A stretch of DNA of 59,889 nt, from assembly GCA_030265395.1 (NCBI GenBank), contig JARFYF010000001.1, positions 55,459,544 to 55,519,432 on the forward strand. The letters run 5' to 3'. The stretch comes from Rhina ancylostomus. Lineage: Eukaryota. The position numbers were made by a program, and so were the translations under genes. Every line of letters starts with the position of its first letter. Position 1 is the first letter of the stretch. The notes under the pieces are model-generated. The model saw only the letters and a program-made list of their open reading frames with translations, was not told where the DNA came from and did not search any database. Of the stretch, positions 36,323 through 49,187 are shown piece after piece.

Positions 36323-39300
36323 GTGAGCCATAAAACATAACTTTTTGTTTTCATTTTTAACTCGTACCTACAAACTCTTGAGCTTCCAAGCATTTTTCAT
36401 AGATGCATTCAATCATTTTTGTATAATGAGAGACTCACCAAATACTATCAAAGCTGATTCAAGTGGTCGGAAGTTCAGCATCTTTCACAGCCCTAACCCC
36501 CTCACTCCAAATTTCCTAAGCAGTATCGAATACAAAATAAGTATGCAGTTCAATTCTAAATACTGCTGGAGATATAAGAATGGGAGCAATAAAATTTAAA
36601 TGGAAATGATATCAAGGGGTTAAAGTATGGGGAATATTTGTATTCCTGTTGATAATGACCCAGTTGTCTTCTCAAAGCTGATACTACGTTAACTGTAACC
36701 ACTTGTGCAGCCTCCACTCCCATTGTTCCATTGTGGCTTCAGCTGCCCAGCCATATGATTCTGGAATTCCCTCCTTTAACATCCCTTTATGTTGTCTAAG
36801 ACTTTAAAACTTACCTATTCGACTGATTCATGGATCACCTTTTCTAATGTTTCCTCCTTTAGCTTGCAGCCAATTTTTGGTCAGATTTTATGTTCTTATG
36901 AAGTACCTTAGCATTGTGCCTTGTCAAAGTGACTTTATAAATTCAAGATGTTATTCATCATACAAAAAGTTAGCAATGTGAAATCATTTGATAGCATTAA
37001 GTATAAAAAGTTCTTTGCTAAACTTGAATCCAATATTGTTTTTGTTTTTAAGTTGTCTTGACACATAAACTTTGTATAGTTTCAAGTTTTTTCTCAAATT
37101 TCTGTTATAATTGCAAGTAAGATCTCATTTTGACAAAGAAAAAGTTTCCATTATTTAAAACTCACTTATTGAACTATATTTCTGTTTATGATATGGTTTA
37201 TGTTCATAATTTATTTACAGTTTTAAACAAAAACTAACTTTAAATACAGGTCAGAGCAACCATTGGTAACTCTGGCACTTCACATAACCATTTGAGTCAA
37301 ATTTGACTGAAGCAACATGTACTGAAGGGAGGAAATGTTTATCTAAAATGTTTAGAATTAAGTGCAGACTCTGAGAAATGAAGAGGCTAAAAAAAATTGC
37401 AGATGGCCTAGAAATTGCACGGTGTGTGTTTGGGCATGTTGAATTGTTGTTTTGCAGTTGGCATCAAATGTTTTGTAAGAGGAGCCACCACTATATGTTT
37501 CAATGAACCATGAGGTCCAAGGCTGAAGTAGCCTTGCACTAGGTAAGGTTCCCTTCACATTTGTTAGGCACATAAAGGAAATGAAGTATATCTGAGTCAG
37601 CACTTGGGTGTCATGGAGGTGAGAGGCAGAGTTAGCCAAAGGCCAAATACAAAGCAAGACCCAGATTTACTGGCATTTACATTGGATAAGTAGATTCTTT
37701 TGATCATATTGAAAGAATATATTTTGCAGCATGACTTTTGTTTGTGATCCCCCTCATTCCTCCCACAGTAACAGAGCAGCCATCCACTAATGGAATGGAA
37801 ACCTTTCTGACTGTATACTGCAAGCTGAATTGTCAGTGCCATATTTACCATTTGAGGACAGTTTAATACCATGTTTACCTGTGGGAATTCGCCCAGAACA
37901 ACAAATCCAAACACCCTTTCATTCTGACTTGAGTCGCCCATGATGAAGTTGATGACGCACATAGTAGACATTGCAATCAAGCATTCTTTACTTAACTAAT
38001 ACATTTTCATGTTGTTGCTTGAAAAGTCCTGCCATTATCTCCAGAGGAACTCCTAAAATGATTCCAAAGTGTAGACATTGACAGATATGGTCACTGTAAC
38101 AACCACAAGCAGTGTGGATCTGGTGAACATTCAGTCTTGTCAAAGACATTAGCCTGACAACCTAAGGCACTGTTGTTCCAATATCTCAAGGACACTGAGC
38201 CCCAGTCTATGGATTCTGAATGCAGGATATGGCCTCCTAATAGTTGCTTTGTTGCCATTCATCCCACTTGCTCATACAGCTGCTGATGAGTCAGCGGCAA
38301 TCTGCTCTGACTCTGGGCTTTTGTGATTGCTCAGCCGCTCCTACTATGAGTCCCTTATGGTTCATCCTTTAAATCTTGACGGAGACCCAACAGCACAAAT
38401 ATTACTTATTAGATGAAAACGGGCCAAATATAGTGAAGGTAATGCCCCTTAGAAGGCTTCCAAGACAATTACTTTCATTAGCAGGTTATGTGTTCATGGA
38501 ATACTGAAGTCATAACTGTTCCCTAATGAGTCGAGAAATGTAGGTAACCTTGAGGTGGGAAAATACTTGGAAAATAGTGGTTGAAACCTATCTGCATTCC
38601 TACTGGAAACTGGGAAACAGAGAGGTTTGTAATGTGGACAAATGAAAATAAAGGTGTCGATCTGGAAGGCAATTGGTTTAAGTGGGATAACATCAGATCC
38701 AGCCCATACTCCATCATTTACTGAAATTATCAGATCTGGTAGAGATAGCAGTGAGAAAATTTGAACATGAGGTTTGGGTTAAATACATTTTGCCAATAAC
38801 ATTTCTTCAAAACCTGTCAATAGTTTTGAGCAAAAATTAAGCTGAATTATTGAAAAAATGGCACAGATAATATTAAAGTATTGGAAAAGTTACAGGCAGA
38901 AATAATAAAGGAAAATTACAAAAGCTAATAAAAAATGTGAATGGTTGGTATTTAACATTGTGAAATAACTACATCTTTCTCCTGCACAAATAGAAGTGCA
39001 GTCAAACCATGGGTGAGATCAATTTCAAACAAAGGGAATCACAAAGCCTCGAATTTTTGGTGCACCATAAAAGGTGTGGTAGATGATCTTTGGAGGCATT
39101 TTGGTTGTGAACTCATTGCTGCAAACATTACAGAACCAAGGTACCTGGCATTACTGAGCAAACAATGCACTTTTATATTAGAAAATGCTTTGTCCAGGCC
39201 TGAGGCTGGTGTAGGGGATGGGGGAATGCTGAGGAAAGAGCCAGCAGATAAGAGGCTCAGCCATGGTCAGAGGGTAATGACCAGATAAGTGAGGGGTGGT

Positions 39301-40058
39301 GAATGAGGATCAGGACACATTGAGGCTTATCAGAGGGTTGCTAGGCAGGTCAGAGGGTCAATGGTTGGAGGAAGATTTAAGGGTGNNNNNNNNNNNNNNN
39401 NNNNNNNNNNNNNNNNNNNNNNNNNNNNNNNNNNNNNNNNNNNNNNNNNNNNNNNNNNNNNNNNNNNNNNNNNNNNNNNNNNNNNNNTGTTGCAAAAAGA
39501 GGCTTGCATAAACCTAAATATGAGAGACAGTAGGAATGTACAGCAGATGTGATTGTATTTCTTTCAAGTCCCTCACTAAGGATTGGATGTGCCAAAAAAC
39601 TATTCATAGACCCAGCCAAATTCCTGCTCCACTCGTTGTGTCAGCGCTCTATATGAGAAGAAATTGGTATTGACCATTATTTACAGATTTTAAAAATGGA
39701 ATCCTGCCAAGCCTGCTTATGATGGAGTGTCCTTGATGAACCAGCTGTAGGTATTTGGGCCTATGTTACTGCTCTGAAGAACTTCAAATGCTTTGGGGCT
39801 AGGCAGATTACCCAGCAACCCTAGTCTGTGGTTAGTGTGATTCTAGCTGGCTGAGGATTTTCCCCAAATTTGTTTAATCGTTCAAAATTGCACTAAAAAA
39901 AACTCTTTGAGTGCATAGCCTACTAACTAAATTGCACTCTTTTATAGCTCTGTGCTTTGCTTTTGCCTTGGCCTCTAATGGTTGGTTGCCAGTTTTCTCA
40001 TAAAACTAGATGGAGGGTATTCTTTATTTTCAACCATGAAAGGAAATTGGAAGAGATT

Positions 40059-40106
40059 GTTGGAGAAATATGGTTCAGATAAATATCTGAACCATATTTC
40101 TTCAAC
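40059..40106. repeat. Near-perfect 48-nt palindrome
   Basis: gttggagaaatatggttcagata-aa-tatctgaaccatatttcttcaac; 22 of 23 positions are complementary. Confidence 0.9.
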
Positions 40107-40544
40107 TTTATCTGAGGAAGAACAATAGTTTTTGCTAGTGCTGGAACTGCCAATTTGAATTGCACAGATTCTTTTCATTGAAGGTGTGCCTGGTACAAAT
40201 GTGTTCAAAGTGTATTTATTGATATGGCCATTTCACATGGAAATCAATTAACACCATTCCTCCTGACTTTCTGGTTTTACTTGTTTAGACTAAAGGTGGA
40301 GAATGAAAATATCAAATCCAGAATAATTTTACATCAATTTCACATGTCTTCATGTTTATTTTGTGCATAATATTTATTTTTCTGCATAAAGGTTTTTGTC
40401 ATTCAGATCTTATCCAGTGTCCAGTGCACATGGCAACTTTGTAGAATTGTTATCACCTATTTCTGGCTATTGTAAATACTTCAAGCATTCTACAAGGTAT
40501 TAAGCAATTGCCTTTTGTCTTGTTATTAGCAGATAATTACTAAA

Positions 40545-41499
40545 GAATCAGATTTATTATCACTGAAATATGGCATTAAATTTGTTGTTTTACAGCAGCA
40601 TTACAGTGCAAAAACAAAATCTATAAATTAGAAAAATAAACAGTACAAAAAAAGGAATAATGAGGTAGCGTTCATGGATCACTCAGAAATATGTTGGCGA
40701 AGGGGAAGAACCTATTCCTGAATCGTTGAGCTTGGGTCTTCAGGCTCCTGTACCTCCTCGCTGATGGTAATAACAAGAAGAGGGTATGTCCTGGATGGGG
40801 AGGCTCTTTAATAATGGATGCTGCCTTCTTGAGGCACCACCTCTTGACGGTATCCTCGATGGTTGAGAGGGTCGTGTCTGTGATGGACCTGGCTAAGTCT
40901 ACAACCCTCTTGCAGCCACTTGCGACCTTGTGCATTTGAGTCTCCATACCAGGCTGTGATGCAATCAATCAGAATGCTCTCCACTGTACATCTATAGGAA
41001 TTTATAAGACCCTTCGGTTACATAACAAATCTCTTCAAACTCCTAATGAAGTAGAGCCGCTGGCATGCTTTCTTCATGATTGCATCAATGTGTTGGGCCC
41101 AGGATAGATCCTCTGAGATGTTGACACCCAGGAACTTGAAGCTGCTNNNNNNNNNNNNNNNNNNNNNNNNNNNNNNNNNNNNNNNNNNNNNNNNNNNNNN
41201 NNNNNNNNNNNNNNNNNNNNNNNNNNNNNNNNNNNNNNNNNNNNNNCCTCTGAGATGTTGACACCCAGGAACTTGAAGCTGCTCACCCTTTCCACCGCTG
41301 ACCCCCCCAATGAGGACTGGTATGCATTCTCACAACGACTTCTTCCTAAAGTCCACAATCAGTTCCTTGGTCTTGCTAATGCTGAGTGCAAGGTTCTTGT
41401 TATGACACCACTCAACCAGCTGATCTATCTTTCTCCTGTAAGCCTCCTCAACACCATCTGAGATTCTACCAACAGCAGTGGTAGTTCTTGCAACAAATG
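40545..41499 (-). mobile_element. Rex/Babar LINE, 5'-truncated in the RT domain
   Basis: TAVGRISDGVEEAYRRKIDQLVEWCHNKNLALSISKTKELIVDFRK, VERVSSFKFLGVNISE and CLKKAASIIKEPPHPGHTLFLLLPSARRYRSLK. Confidence 0.9.
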
Positions 41500-42720
41500 T
41501 GGAAGGAGGGATAGGCAAATATAGGTACTTGGGCCTCTGTTACTATCCAGAAGAACTTGATGAGTAGCTGCTTAAAGATGGTACTTAAATCATGTTTGAT
41601 ATTGGACCATTATTTTGCTTATTTTTATTTTGTTCCTTAAGAAATACATTGTAAGAGATTTTTGTCTCTCATTGCTCAGTGCTACACTCGACTTAGCCAC
41701 CATTAAACATAGTCAGTTTCCCATGTATATTGGCTGATCAAATTTGATGTGTGCCATTGTTTGAAAAAGATTGGCTTCTCTGAAAAGAAAATTAAATTGC
41801 ATATATAAAAATCAATAAATTGAATTTAAGAGATGCATCAGCAGATGACCCTCAAAAGATCTGGTCAATGAATGTTGACCTGAAATAATGCCATCGCAAG
41901 CTATCGAATTGATTTTAGCACAAGGTCAAAGGAATTGAATATTCTTGATGTTTAAAGTATTAATGAATTATATTTCAAATGATGTGTCAGAAAATACAGC
42001 ATGTTTTAATGAAAATAAATTTTAAAAAATTAAAATTGGTATATACCATATATTTCACCTATAACCATGTTAAAGTGTATTAGGGAAATGTTGTGGATTT
42101 AGAATGCACTGGCTGTTGAAATATTTGGAACATCAAACTGGAGACCACTTTTCAGATCTACTATCAAAAACTGATCAAAAAGACTAAATTGGGTTGATGT
42201 ACAAGAACACTGATGTATTGTGATTGTCACTATAATTTACCTCTTGAATCTGTACCCTTGGCAGCATTCTCATTTTGCAGAACGATGCTATTTTGCTGAA
42301 CTCCATGGATACTCCAGGAATGTTATTAGTTAATAATACCAATTTTGGAAAGGCCATTAAAATGTTTTTTTGAATTATTGTTGAATATTTCCACACATCA
42401 TTCCTTTGTGGCATGATCAGGTTACCGAAAAGAACCAAGGTTTGAGAACTAAAGAATGTATAATAGATGGAGTGGAACAAGATATTCTCAGGGCCGTTAT
42501 TGTACTTGACAAGTTTTAAAGCTTTCATTCACATATCAAATACTTCAGAACTAACATTTAGCTAATGGGTTTTTCAGTTTCTCCAAGCGAAAGCTATAAG
42601 AGTTGACTGTCAATTTCATTATATATCATGAGTATACCTTTGTCAACTGTTAAGTTAATCTTATTTTGATGTGTTTGTGGTAACCTAATATATCTTCTGA
42701 ATCAGTTGTTTCTTACACAG

Positions 42721-42890
42721 TTTGGATTTGGGGACTCGTGTCAATCACCATTATAAGCTTGCTGTCAGTGCTGGGTGTTGTCCTTGTACCAATCATCAAT
42801 CAAGTATGTTTCAAGTATCTTCTAACATTCCTGGTGGCTCTGGCAGTGGGGACACTCAGTGGTGATGCATTGCTGCATCTAATGCCTCAC
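42721..42890 (+). CDS. slc39a10: ZIP10 coding exon 3 (TM1-TM2); absent from the ORF track
   Basis: Acceptor tttcttacacag, then (V)WIWGLVSITIISLLSVLGVVLVPIINQVCFKYLLTFLVALAVGTLSGDALLHLMPH. Donor CAC|gtgagt; 170 nt, phase 1 to 0. Confidence 0.97.
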
Positions 42891-43916
42891 GTGAGTAAAG
42901 TTTGAATTGGCAGATCGGTTGATTTTTCTTGTTCTTGGCAGAGGAAACGTATGAGGTTTAGGTTTTATTCTGTAATTTCAATCTCTGTTAGCTGAAATTG
43001 TAGCATACATGTAAGAAAATAATAAACCTGTGTCTTTTTTTCTTTTTAGATTATTACCTCTCTAATCTGTGTAGGGACACCTGTGATTTTTGAGTTCTCA
43101 AGGTTTTTCTACAAAGTGCAACGTTTTGGCTTTGGGATTTGGATGTGGTTTTGATTAATGTGACCTGATCTCCTCTTGTATTTGCTCAAGCGAATGTGTC
43201 AGCATTTAGTCTTGAGCAAAGCATTTACAGGTCCAGCCACATGATACATGGACACTGGAGGCATGAGTTTGAATCCACCACGGCAGTGGGTGAACTTAAG
43301 CTCAAGTAATGGCATCTGTGACATAAAGTTTGTAGTAGTAATGGAGATTTTTAGATTATTATTGAACCCCATTTGTTTTCACTACTGTTTGCAGAAAAAG
43401 AAATCAGCCAATATCACCTGATCTGGCCTTTGTAATTCCAGACGCACAATTGTGATACATTGCAAACTGCCTACTGATAACCCTGTGAGCCACTCGGATG
43501 AACCACTCGTGCTGCAGATGAAGCAGATCCTCCATTTGCTGCTTTGAGAAAGCTGGTCTCAGTTCTGTTCTTGAGAAACTGCAGTGCTAAAGATGAGCCC
43601 TCTGTTTCTTATGTAAACGCATATCAATCATTAATTTCTTAACTTCCCAGGAAACAGAGCGACATCAAGTCTTCCTGCAATTGTCTCCAAGTGTATGTGA
43701 TCATGTGTTATAAATATAAAACCATTCTCATATTATCAACTGGAAGCCCTGGAGACATTTACTTTTATAGTCCATGTTTTACAATTCTATTGTCATGTGT
43801 TTTGTACTATAACGAAGTAAAATGTTATTTGTCATGGTTAATGTTTATATTCAGGTGTGAGAATTATTCTACAAATGTATTATTTTATCATTATTTATCT
43901 TTTTTTGCAATAACAG

Positions 43917-44114
43917 TCACAAGGTAAACATGATCATAGTCACCATGACCATGACCACGATCATAATCATACTCATGGAAATCATGAAAGTTCTGAAGAT
44001 CTCCTTATAGTTTATAATGGATTGTGGAAAGGACTTACAGCTCTAGGTGGTATCTACCTTCTTTTCATCGTTGAACATTGTATTGGACTCTTCAGAGATC
44101 ACAGAGCCAGAATG
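43917..44114 (+). CDS. slc39a10: ZIP10 coding exon 4 (His-rich loop and TM3); absent from the ORF track
   Basis: Acceptor tttttttgcaataacag, then SQGKHDHSHHDHDHDHNHTHGNHESSEDLLIVYNGLWKGLTALGGIYLLFIVEHCIGLFRDHRARM. Donor ATG|gtaagc; 198 nt, phase 0 to 0. Confidence 0.96.
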
Positions 44115-44659
44115 GTAAGCTCAAGATATGGGCATCGTTGCCAGTAATTCAATGTTCTCTCCTGTGCTTAAATTCTAGATTGATTTTAAATTACAGGAAG
44201 ACTCTTATCTAGTGGTCTTGACCAAATTTTTTTAACTGCAGTTAGTTTGCAAATCAAATCTATACTATTAGGATTTAACTGCACAAGCTAATTGATCTCT
44301 ATTTGCTTGTGTTTGTTATTGTATTTCATGCATAATGAGGTGTGAGCAATTTAGCACAGATGTTTCTGTCCAAAATTAACAAAACAGTTTTACAATAGGC
44401 AACTTTGAAATTGATATTAGTGCAACATGGATTATGATTTTCATTCTTGGCAGCTTTTGACATGGGGATTTGAAGTGACTATGAAGACAGTACTATCTTA
44501 GTTTTATTTCTCAATGCTAATTCTTGTGCTTTTTATTAATCTATACTACATGAAGTTCAAATTTTAAGAATCATGTGAATCATAAATTTGTATCCTCTAA
44601 TGCAGAAATTAGTTAAAATTTAGATGGAACAGTTTTATGTTGCGTCATCATTTTCCATT

Positions 44660-45110
44660 CACAGCATTTTTTAACATGATAAAATGACCCAGGATGTTAT
44701 CAGGTGTCAGCAAACAAAATTTGATACCCAGCCATAGAAGACAACCAAAAACCTGGTCAAATATCAGGTGTAATGGAGCTTCTTAGAGGAAGAGAGTGAG
44801 ATAGAGAGGTTAAGGTCTTAGTTGAAGCATACGTGAGTAGCACAGTAATTAATGTCCCATTCTGCGAGAGCCCAGAATCAGAGAAGTCCATTAGCATGAG
44901 GGTTGTAGGGAGGGAGAAGGTTACAGAGAAAGGGACTGCCCAAGGACATAAAGTGACTTGAACGCATGATTAATAATTCTTAAATCAAGGGCATTTTCAG
45001 ACCCAGAGCCAGTGTCAGTCAACAAGCGCAGGTGTGACAGGGCAGTGCGAGCAAAAAGACAGAATGCAAAGTTTTTAATGACATGATACATCTGGAAGAA
45101 ATGCATTTGA
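44660..45110 (-). mobile_element. Old L2-type 3' fragment
   Basis: cagcattttttaacatgataaaatgacccagg...gagcttcttagaggaagagagtgagatagagagg is a reverse L2-like 3' end. Related traces occur at about 18160-18400 (-) and 36700-36955 (+). Confidence 0.5.
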
Positions 45111-45744
45111 CCTTTGAATATTGGAAATGGCTGCTGGAATTTCCTCTGGTCCCCTCAGTACCTGACAGGTGGCTGATGAGATAAAAGCCCAGCAGTCAGA
45201 ATGATCCAGGTGTGCTTGTCATGTGATCAGGCACCCAGCACAATAACAATTTCTAGCTGCCCCTTTATGCTGTTTTGCAGTGGGAAATTCGCCAGGAAAT
45301 TTACATGGGAAATTTGCCCACATGTGGTGTGTGCAAAGTTCTACTGTGAAACAAAGATAGCAGAACCAAATTTAAATTTATACAGCTGTGTGAAGCTTTC
45401 CCAATGACTTTTTGTGTCATGGTTCTGAGTTCTGGCCCTCAATTTGGCTCCATTAATGCCTTGTTGTCCAGCACATGGATTCCNNNNNNNNNNNNNNNNN
45501 NNNNNNNNNNNNNNNNNNNNNNNNNNNNNNNNNNNNNNNNNNNNNNNNNNNNNNNNNNNNNNNNNNNNNNNNNNNNNNNNNNNNNNNNNNNNNNNNNNNN
45601 NNNNNNNNNNNNNNNNNNNNNNNNNNNNNNNNNNNNNNNNNNNNNNNNNNNNNNNNNNNNNNNNNNNNNNNNNNNNNNNNNNNNNNNNNNNNNNNNNNNN
45701 NNNNNNNNNNNNNNNNNNNNNNNNNNNNNNNNNNNNNNNNNNNN

Positions 45745-45868
45745 GGAGGAAACCCACGCAGACACGGGGGGGAATGTACAGACTCCTTACAGACAGCGAC
45801 AGGAATTGAACCCCGATTGCTGGCGCTGTAGTAGCATCGCGCTTACCGCTACGCTACCGTGCCGCCCC
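45745..45868 (-). mobile_element. tRNA-derived SINE 5' half (3' half in the gap)
   Basis: The reverse complement is ggggcggcacggtagcgtagcggtaagcgcg...ggggttcaattcc. It is CpG-rich, so probably young. Confidence 0.85.
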
Positions 45869-46249
45869 ATTTTCTTGTCACCTTTATCATTCAATGGATC
45901 TTGCTGAAAAATGAGCAGATGTTGTCATTGATCTGAGGGTAGGATATCCTCAAGCTTTGCACTGGAGCTTCCTGAGGTTGATAATTGCCTCCCATGTGAA
46001 GAATACTCATTAGTTGAAATGCCAGAGGATTTTGTTCTGTGGGATTGTGCACTTTGACTCCAATTGATGCAACACCAAGGAACAGCTGAGTGGAAATTAC
46101 TATATTTTAAATAGTAAAGATGCTTTTTTTTTAAAACTTTGCAGTTCAAAGAGAAAAGGAGGAAAAAATAAAGTAAGAGAGAACATTAATGGCAAGGTAT
46201 TATGTAGAATAATAGAAGAGGGATCTAAAGAACTGGTTAAACATTCTAT

Positions 46250-48910
46250 TAAAGATGAATTAAACTGCCTGAATGGTGATGCGGACAGTGTCTGTAATAT
46301 AGCAGCAGAGCTGGAGGCTGTTAGATATTGGCATGCCCTAGCATGAGGAGAAGAGGAGGTAGAGTAGTGTTGCTTGTTAGTGATAACGTGGAGACAGTGG
46401 GGAAAATGAATGCAGCTGTAAGGAAGACAGAAATAGAATCTATATGGATCAAGATAAAAGGTAATGGAGTCATTCTCCTTAATTGGCACAGTCTACAAAC
46501 CAGCTCATACTGGGAGGGACGTGGAGAAAGAAATATCCAGATAACTCAGAGAAAAATGAGCAAGAACTAAAATTGTAAAGTAACTTTGGAAAATTTCAAC
46601 TATCCTGATATTAATTGGACAGAAGAAGGAAAGAAAAAACTGGAATTTCTACAGTGCATGCAGGACCCCAGCCCAACATATATAAAGTACAACAGGAAGG
46701 GAATTGGCTGTTGGATCCAATAATAATGAGCCAGAGCAGGTAGGAGAAGTGCAAGTGGGGTAATATTGAGTCAATTGTGACCATTATATAAATACTCCTT
46801 AAGGTGATAAAGACCTGAATTTGGGGAAAATTGCATTAATACAAAAGCTAAATTTGAGGAATTAAAAATGGAACTTGGAAAGATAAGATGGGCAAAAATA
46901 ATGATGTAGAAAAACAATGGGAGTGCAGTAAAAAAATGTATTATGCTAAGGAAAAAACTCTGGATGAATAAAGACAAACAGGAATAAGGAGTGTGACGTA
47001 CTATCAGTGCAGAACCAGCTGAGGTATACATGATAAGACAGAATAGAAAGAGATGTAGGTGGAGTAAGTATAATAATTAAGAGGACAGAAAGGAACTAGA
47101 AAATTAAATCATCAATGAACAGAAAACAAACAAGTAAAATGCTTCGCAGATGCATCAAGAAGAAACCGAAGTTTAGAATAGGAACAAGAGCAATTAAGGA
47201 ATAGACAGGAGCAAATCAACAGGAATGAGATCTCAGAAAATTTAACATCTTTCTTTAGTATTTACCAGGGAAATAGTGCAAGTGTTATGGGATGATAGGA
47301 TGAGTAATAAGATTTGTGGATGTAAAATAGAAAAAGAAAATATTAAATAAGCTAATCAAACTCTTGAGGATAAATCTCTTGGCTGTATTGGAATGCACTT
47401 GAGCATTGTAGAGGAACCTAGGGAGGTTAGAGTAGGGACATTACTACAGGTGCTTGATAATCCTTTGCAAAAAGCCATAAATGCCAGAGGACTGGTGGGT
47501 AGCTAACACCTATATTTAGGAAGAGGGTTAGAACATAGCTAGAGAATTTTAGACTAGTCAGGCAAATATTGGTACAGGAAAAAGCAAAGTAATCCATACA
47601 AAAGGAGAAAACAGAACATCTGGAGACAAAATGGATTTCGAAGGGGAAAATGTTGCTTGACCAACCTTAATGATTTTATTTTCTGAAGAGTACACTATAG
47701 TAATATAGTAGATGTAATATATGTAGGTTTTCAAAGGCTGTCAAGACATCCCATACCAGACTGATTAATATGGTCAGAATGTAGAGTCAGAAGTCAAGTA
47801 GCAGAATCGATTGAAGGCACTAGAGGCACTGCAGATGCTGTAATCTCAAGCGAAAAAACAAATGCTGGCAGAACTCGGCAGGTCAGGCAGCAATTGTGGA
47901 GGCAGAGGGATAGTTAACGTTTCAGGTGAAGAGTATAGAGGGGAGATAACCTGTATTGAGGAGGGACAAACTATCTGCCCTCTGCACTCAGTCCTGATGC
48001 AGGACCTCAACCTGAAACATTGGTCATCCTTCTACCTCCACAGATGCTGCTTTACCTGCTGAGTTCCTCCTGCTGTTTGTTTTTTGTAGCAGAATAGATT
48101 AGTGGCTGCTTCAGGACAGGAGAGAGAGGAGGACTGAGGCAGATTGCGGAAGTATATTAATGGGAAATAATTGTCCTGGGTAATTCCAAACAGATACATG
48201 TGATGTAGTACCTTTTAAAAGGAAGCAGAGGGAGGCCACTTACTGCTTGGATGGTGCAAGTCTAGGTCAGGGAAAGGAACAAAGAGCAAACAAGTATATG
48301 CTCACTAAAGTCTGTGCTGGAGATTAGCAAAACCATAAAATGGAGAACCAGACATTTGGATTTATTTTTGGAGAGATAGAACTGGAGATTGTGATAGTTC
48401 TGCACAGTCTGTAATGAACCTTGGTTAGACCATACAGGGAAAATTGCATAAAGGTCTAGTCGCTATATTGTAGGAAAGGATATAGAAGCTTTATAGGAGG
48501 GGTGCAGAGAAGATTTACAAGAATGTTACCCGAAATGGAGGGTACATGCAGGAACAGACCGGGAGTCCCCTCTCTTGAGAAAAGAATGCAGTCGGATAAC
48601 CTAATAGAAGTCTTTAAAATTTTAAACATTTGAGAATGTTTCCACCTGTGGGGAAGAATCTAACTAGAAACCATCAATGTAAGGTGATTACCAAGAAATC
48701 AAGAGAAACTCCTTTGCACAAAGCATGGTAAGAATGTGGAACTTGCTACTAAAGGGAGTGATTAAGGTGACAAGTGAATAGTTTGAGGTGAGGCTGGAAA
48801 AGGGATATATTTACATAAGGAATGATCTGAGGTTGAGCAGAGCATATGTGCCAGTATGGACACTTTATAACCAGTGGCCTGAATCTGTGCTGCATATCCA
48901 GTGTAACCCA
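46250..48910 (+). mobile_element. Long degenerate CR1 ORF2 (endonuclease to 3' end) with deletions and a nested insertion
   Basis: GRVVLLV..IESIWIKI, NFNYPDINW, DKSLG..GMH, PEDWWVAN, NFRLVR, DVIYVGFQ, LVRP, VQRRFTRMLP and NLIEVFKIL in order. Confidence 0.8.
47813..48085. mobile_element. Short fold-back Penelope pLTR-derived insertion with 15-bp TSD, inside the CR1
   Basis: TSD gtagcagaat(c/a)gatt at 47798-47812 and 48086-48100. Inverted arms at about 47852-47930 and 48006-48085. Confidence 0.8.
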
Positions 48911-49063
48911 CTGAATTACTGAATAATTCAATCCTTTGTAAGGCAAAGGATTACCGCAGGTAAACTGCAAGGTCTGTTGAGCATCAGGTCAGTAGAAGAT
49001 AGGACCTTGAATTTTTGAATGCAACCTCTTATTGCAAATGCTTTTCCAAATTTTAATTTCCAG

Positions 49064-49187
49064 GGCAAAAAGAAGTGGCGTAAGCAGAAAGTTCTGAGTG
49101 GAGAGGCAGCAGTTGGGCGAAAATTGTCAGACCACAAATTAAACCGAAGGTCAGAAAGTGAATGGCTTGACCTTCAGACCATGTCAG
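49064..49187 (+). CDS. slc39a10: ZIP10 coding exon 5 (cytosolic loop)
   Basis: Acceptor ttttaatttccag, then GKKKWRKQKVLSGEAAVGRKLSDHKLNRRSESEWLDLQTMS (GRKLSDHKLN is ZIP10-typical). Donor CAG|gtagga; 124 nt, phase 0 to 1. Confidence 0.95.

Noticed and set aside
45341-45907. Long ORFs spanning N runs (also near 6.5, 13.8, 25.6, 32.7, 35.9, 39.4 and 41.2 kb)
   Set aside because: Their length comes from untranslatable Ns.
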